Shown piece by piece: positions 43,916 through 44,092 of a stretch of DNA of 44,092 nt. The stretch is from contig JASJCV010000006.1 in NCBI GenBank assembly GCA_030065275.1, forward strand, positions 1-44,092, read 5' to 3'. The position numbers and the translations under genes are program-made. The DNA comes from Desulfobacterales bacterium. Its GTDB lineage: Bacteria; Desulfobacterota; Desulfobacteria; Desulfobacterales; UBA5852. Numbering within the stretch: the first letter of the stretch is position 1; every line of letters begins with the position of its first letter. The notes beneath the pieces were generated by a model that saw only the letters and a list, made by a program, of their open reading frames with translations, searched no databases and had not been told where the DNA came from.

Positions 43916-44092
43916 ATAAACCTCCTTCAGGACTAAATAAGATCCTGATGTTATCTTAGTGATCGGGCGATAAAATTTAACAGTGACAAAGCCGAAGTTT
44001 TTCAAGCACGGCCTTCATCGCTTTTGGATACAACAGCAATCTTTATCTCATTGGAAAGCAAACAGCCACACTCAGAATAAGCAATTTAAAAT

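Noticed and set aside
1-44092. Search for transposases, integrases, phage genes, toxin-antitoxin pairs, tRNA or rRNA genes.
   Set aside because: No ORF showed the corresponding signatures, and no tRNA-like cloverleaf region stood out in the intergenic DNA. The repeats therefore appear non-autonomous. Absence is judged by eye only.

Overview
High-GC bacterial chromosomal window, about 60-68% GC by eye and dropping to about 45-58% in the last 9 kb. Gene content looks like a Desulfobacterota/deltaproteobacterial anaerobe, but that is inference only. I support about 40 CDS. I recognised no rRNA, tRNA, CRISPR array, transposase or integrase. Layout from left to right: FHA protein; lipoprotein; asd; cheW plus an MCP with a sigma-28-type promoter; patatin-like lipase; a MarR + Fe-S protein operon; an OmpR-type response regulator and histidine kinase divergent from a VWA-PspA-membrane protein operon; EcsC-like; YihY; an HTH-PBP regulator; alr; a long acyl-CoA dehydrogenase (ACAD) and a divergently transcribed tandem ACAD pair. 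Next comes a TetR-led Atu/Liu-like acyl-CoA carboxylase cluster: carboxyltransferase, biotin carboxylase, a separate BCCP gene, enoyl-CoA hydratase, AtuA/DUF1446 and a fourth ACAD. All four long intergenic gaps of that cluster are filled by a mosaic family of hairpin-rich repeats, and one copy sits exactly where the carboxylase alpha subunit is split in two. After mgtE comes the standout at 35.3-43.0 kb: a complete GAK-type system. It contains three amphi-Trp domain proteins (one carrying the C-terminal XXXCH domain), a RimK-like ATP-grasp ligase, an HprK-related P-loop kinase, a CofD/YvcK-like protein, a PhoU-kinase fusion and a PHP-like phosphoesterase candidate. To my knowledge this gene neighbourhood is only named computationally and has no characterised function. 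The window ends with two paralogous small secreted Cys-containing proteins. Many long ORFs in the track are antisense or off-frame shadows of real genes, as expected at this GC content, and were rejected.
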